Assembly (NCBI GenBank): GCA_963620955.1
Contig: CAVFCO010000113.1
Coordinates: 1-50,849 of the forward strand
Reading direction: 5' to 3'
DNA length: 50,849 bases
DNA from: Alistipes senegalensis
Lineage (GTDB): Bacteria > Cyanobacteriota > Vampirovibrionia > Gastranaerophilales > Gastranaerophilaceae
Under the pieces are notes generated by a model. It ran no database searches. It saw only the letters and a list, made by a program, of their open reading frames with translations, and was not told the DNA's origin. Position 1 is the first letter of the stretch. Each line of letters begins with the position of its first letter. The position numbers and the translations under genes are program-made. Below are positions 49,442 to 50,849 of this stretch, piece after piece.

Positions 49442-49899
49442 AAAATCCTCTTTCGTTTATATTTTAGCATAAAATTTTTTTAATTATAATTTTTGAAATG
49501 AGGTTTGTCTTGGTAAAAATGTTTCAAATCTACTATGTTATTAAATTTTAGTAAAAATTCCGAAAAATACCATGCCTACATGGTTGCAATAGATTTTCAC
49601 AATTTCTTAACAAAACTTATGTAAAATTTTTAGGAATAAGTGTAGAATTTTGCAAAATGGGTGATAGTAATGCAAATGGGAATTTTAACAAAAATAAATG
49701 TAAAAAGATTGTCATGTTTCAATAAAATTAAGACTTTTTTGATTTTTACCGTTTTATAATATAGGTATAAATAATCTTGGGAGCGGGGTTAGTTCCTCGC
49801 ATTGATATGATAGTTGTAAATCACTCGCTTTTGGCTTAAATCGAAATTTTTCGATTTGCCGAAAGGTCGAAGTGGTTATTATTTTTTATTTGAGAGTTT

Positions 49900-50814
49900 A
49901 TGAACAGAGTTTGTATTTACGCACATTTTGACGAAAAAAATATTATTGACGATTATGTCTTGTTTGCAATTGAAGAAATGAAAAAGGTTTGCAATGAGAT
50001 TGTTTTTGTTTCTTGTTGTGATTTGCCATCAGAAGAATTAAACAAACTAGATTGTCATAAAATCGCCGAACATCACAAAGAATACGATTTTGGCTCGTAT
50101 AAAAGAGGTTTTGTTTTTGCTAAAAAACACAAACTTCTTGAAAATTGTGATGAGTTAGTTTTTGTGAATGACAGTTGTTATGGACCTTTTAAACCTTTGG
50201 ATAAAATTTTCAATTCAATGAAAGAAAATCCTTGTGATTTTTGGGGTTTAACAAAAAATAAATATGCGTTCAAAATTGTTAAAAACAGAACAAAAGATTG
50301 TTATATCCCGCATATTCAATCATATTTCTTTGTTTTAAGATCACAAGTGTTTAATTCAAAATGTTTTGAGGATTTTATAACTTCTGTAAAAGAAGAAGAA
50401 AGCAAAAATGCAGTTATTGAAAAGTATGAAATTGGTTTAACGACAGAACTTGAGGTTGGCGGATTTGAGTGTGATTATGCAATAAAAGATTTTTACAAAT
50501 ACAACAATCCGACCGTTTACAAATGGAGAAAATTATATGAAAAATCAGATTTTCCATATATAAAATGCTCTCTTTTGAGGTTAAAAAACTCTTTGCACAC
50601 GACAGTTGAGGGTTGGCAGGAACTTTTGACTGCAGAACAAATTGATATGATTGAAAAAAATCTTTCGTATACTCGTAGAGTTAAACCTATGCAACATTTT
50701 GCACCAAGATTTTTAAAAGAATTTGTGTTTAATCATTTGCCAAACAAAAAAATGAAATCAAGAATTATTACAAGGTTTTTACTAAAGACTATTTTTGCAT
50801 TTTTGACTGATTAA
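49900..50814 (+). CDS. Putative polysaccharide biosynthesis glycosyltransferase (rhamnan synthesis protein F-like)
   Basis: 304 aa. The pattern VFVNDSCYGPF ... DFWG ... IQSYFFVL resembles RgpF-family proteins as I recall them. Not verified. Confidence 0.5.
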   Translation: MNRVCIYAHFDEKNIIDDYVLFAIEEMKKVCNEIVFVSCCDLPSEELNKLDCHKIAEHHKEYDFGSYKRGFVFAKKHKLLENCDELVFVNDSCYGPFKPLDKIFNSMKENPCDFWGLTKNKYAFKIVKNRTKDCYIPHIQSYFFVLRSQVFNSKCFEDFITSVKEEESKNAVIEKYEIGLTTELEVGGFECDYAIKDFYKYNNPTVYKWRKLYEKSDFPYIKCSLLRLKNSLHTTVEGWQELLTAEQIDMIEKNLSYTRRVKPMQHFAPRFLKEFVFNHLPNKKMKSRIITRFLLKTIFAFLTD

Positions 50815-50849
50815 TTTTATTTTTTAGTCAAAAAGTGGTGATTTTTTTG

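Overview
AT-rich bacterial chromosomal window, densely coded (about 45 CDS). I found no rRNA, tRNA, CRISPR array or IS element. The RNA polymerase operon reads rpoB, then a split rpoC (rpoC1 569 aa, rpoC2 1287 aa with a very large trigger-loop insertion). This is the cyanobacterial-type arrangement. Together with the heterotrophic, anaerobe-like gene content (rubrerythrin, U32 peptidase, no photosynthesis genes), I infer a non-photosynthetic cyanobacterial sister lineage (Melainabacteria/Vampirovibrionia-like). That lineage call is inference only.

Housekeeping genes include a transketolase fragment, a deaminase, an isochorismatase-family hydrolase, metY-like, rsfS, rpiB, lysA, cdaA, a yitT-like gene, serA, an acyl-CoA ligase, rubrerythrin, ftsH, a PlsC-like acyltransferase, an Opp/Dpp-type ABC importer (binding protein plus two permeases), mgtC, a U32 peptidase, a UDP-glucuronate decarboxylase and several TPR proteins.

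Most unusual locus (19081..25455): three tandem paralogous genes of 686-716 aa. Each combines four elements:
- a type IV prepilin-like leader with a hydrophobic helix (A|FTLxE);
- about 300-400 aa of degenerate IGxxAGY-type repeats, resembling trimeric adhesin heads or tail fibres;
- a phage-type peptidase S74 intramolecular-chaperone domain (SDKRLKxNI motif);
- a terminal coiled coil.
The window contains no phage genes and no pilus-machinery genes.

Second candidate (about 36428..38537): a cobalamin-riboswitch-like leader precedes three uncharacterised genes. The first encodes a Cys-knuckle coiled-coil protein; the other two are paralogs of each other.

Other points:
- a Gp49/HigB-like toxin with an RHH antitoxin, whose promoter is overlapped by a perfect 10-bp inverted repeat;
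- a divergent YdjC-deacetylase / polyprenyl-phosphate GT2 pair;
- a possible frameshift-split secreted PLD-family enzyme.

All calls come from reading the sequence and the ORF translations. No database searches were run.
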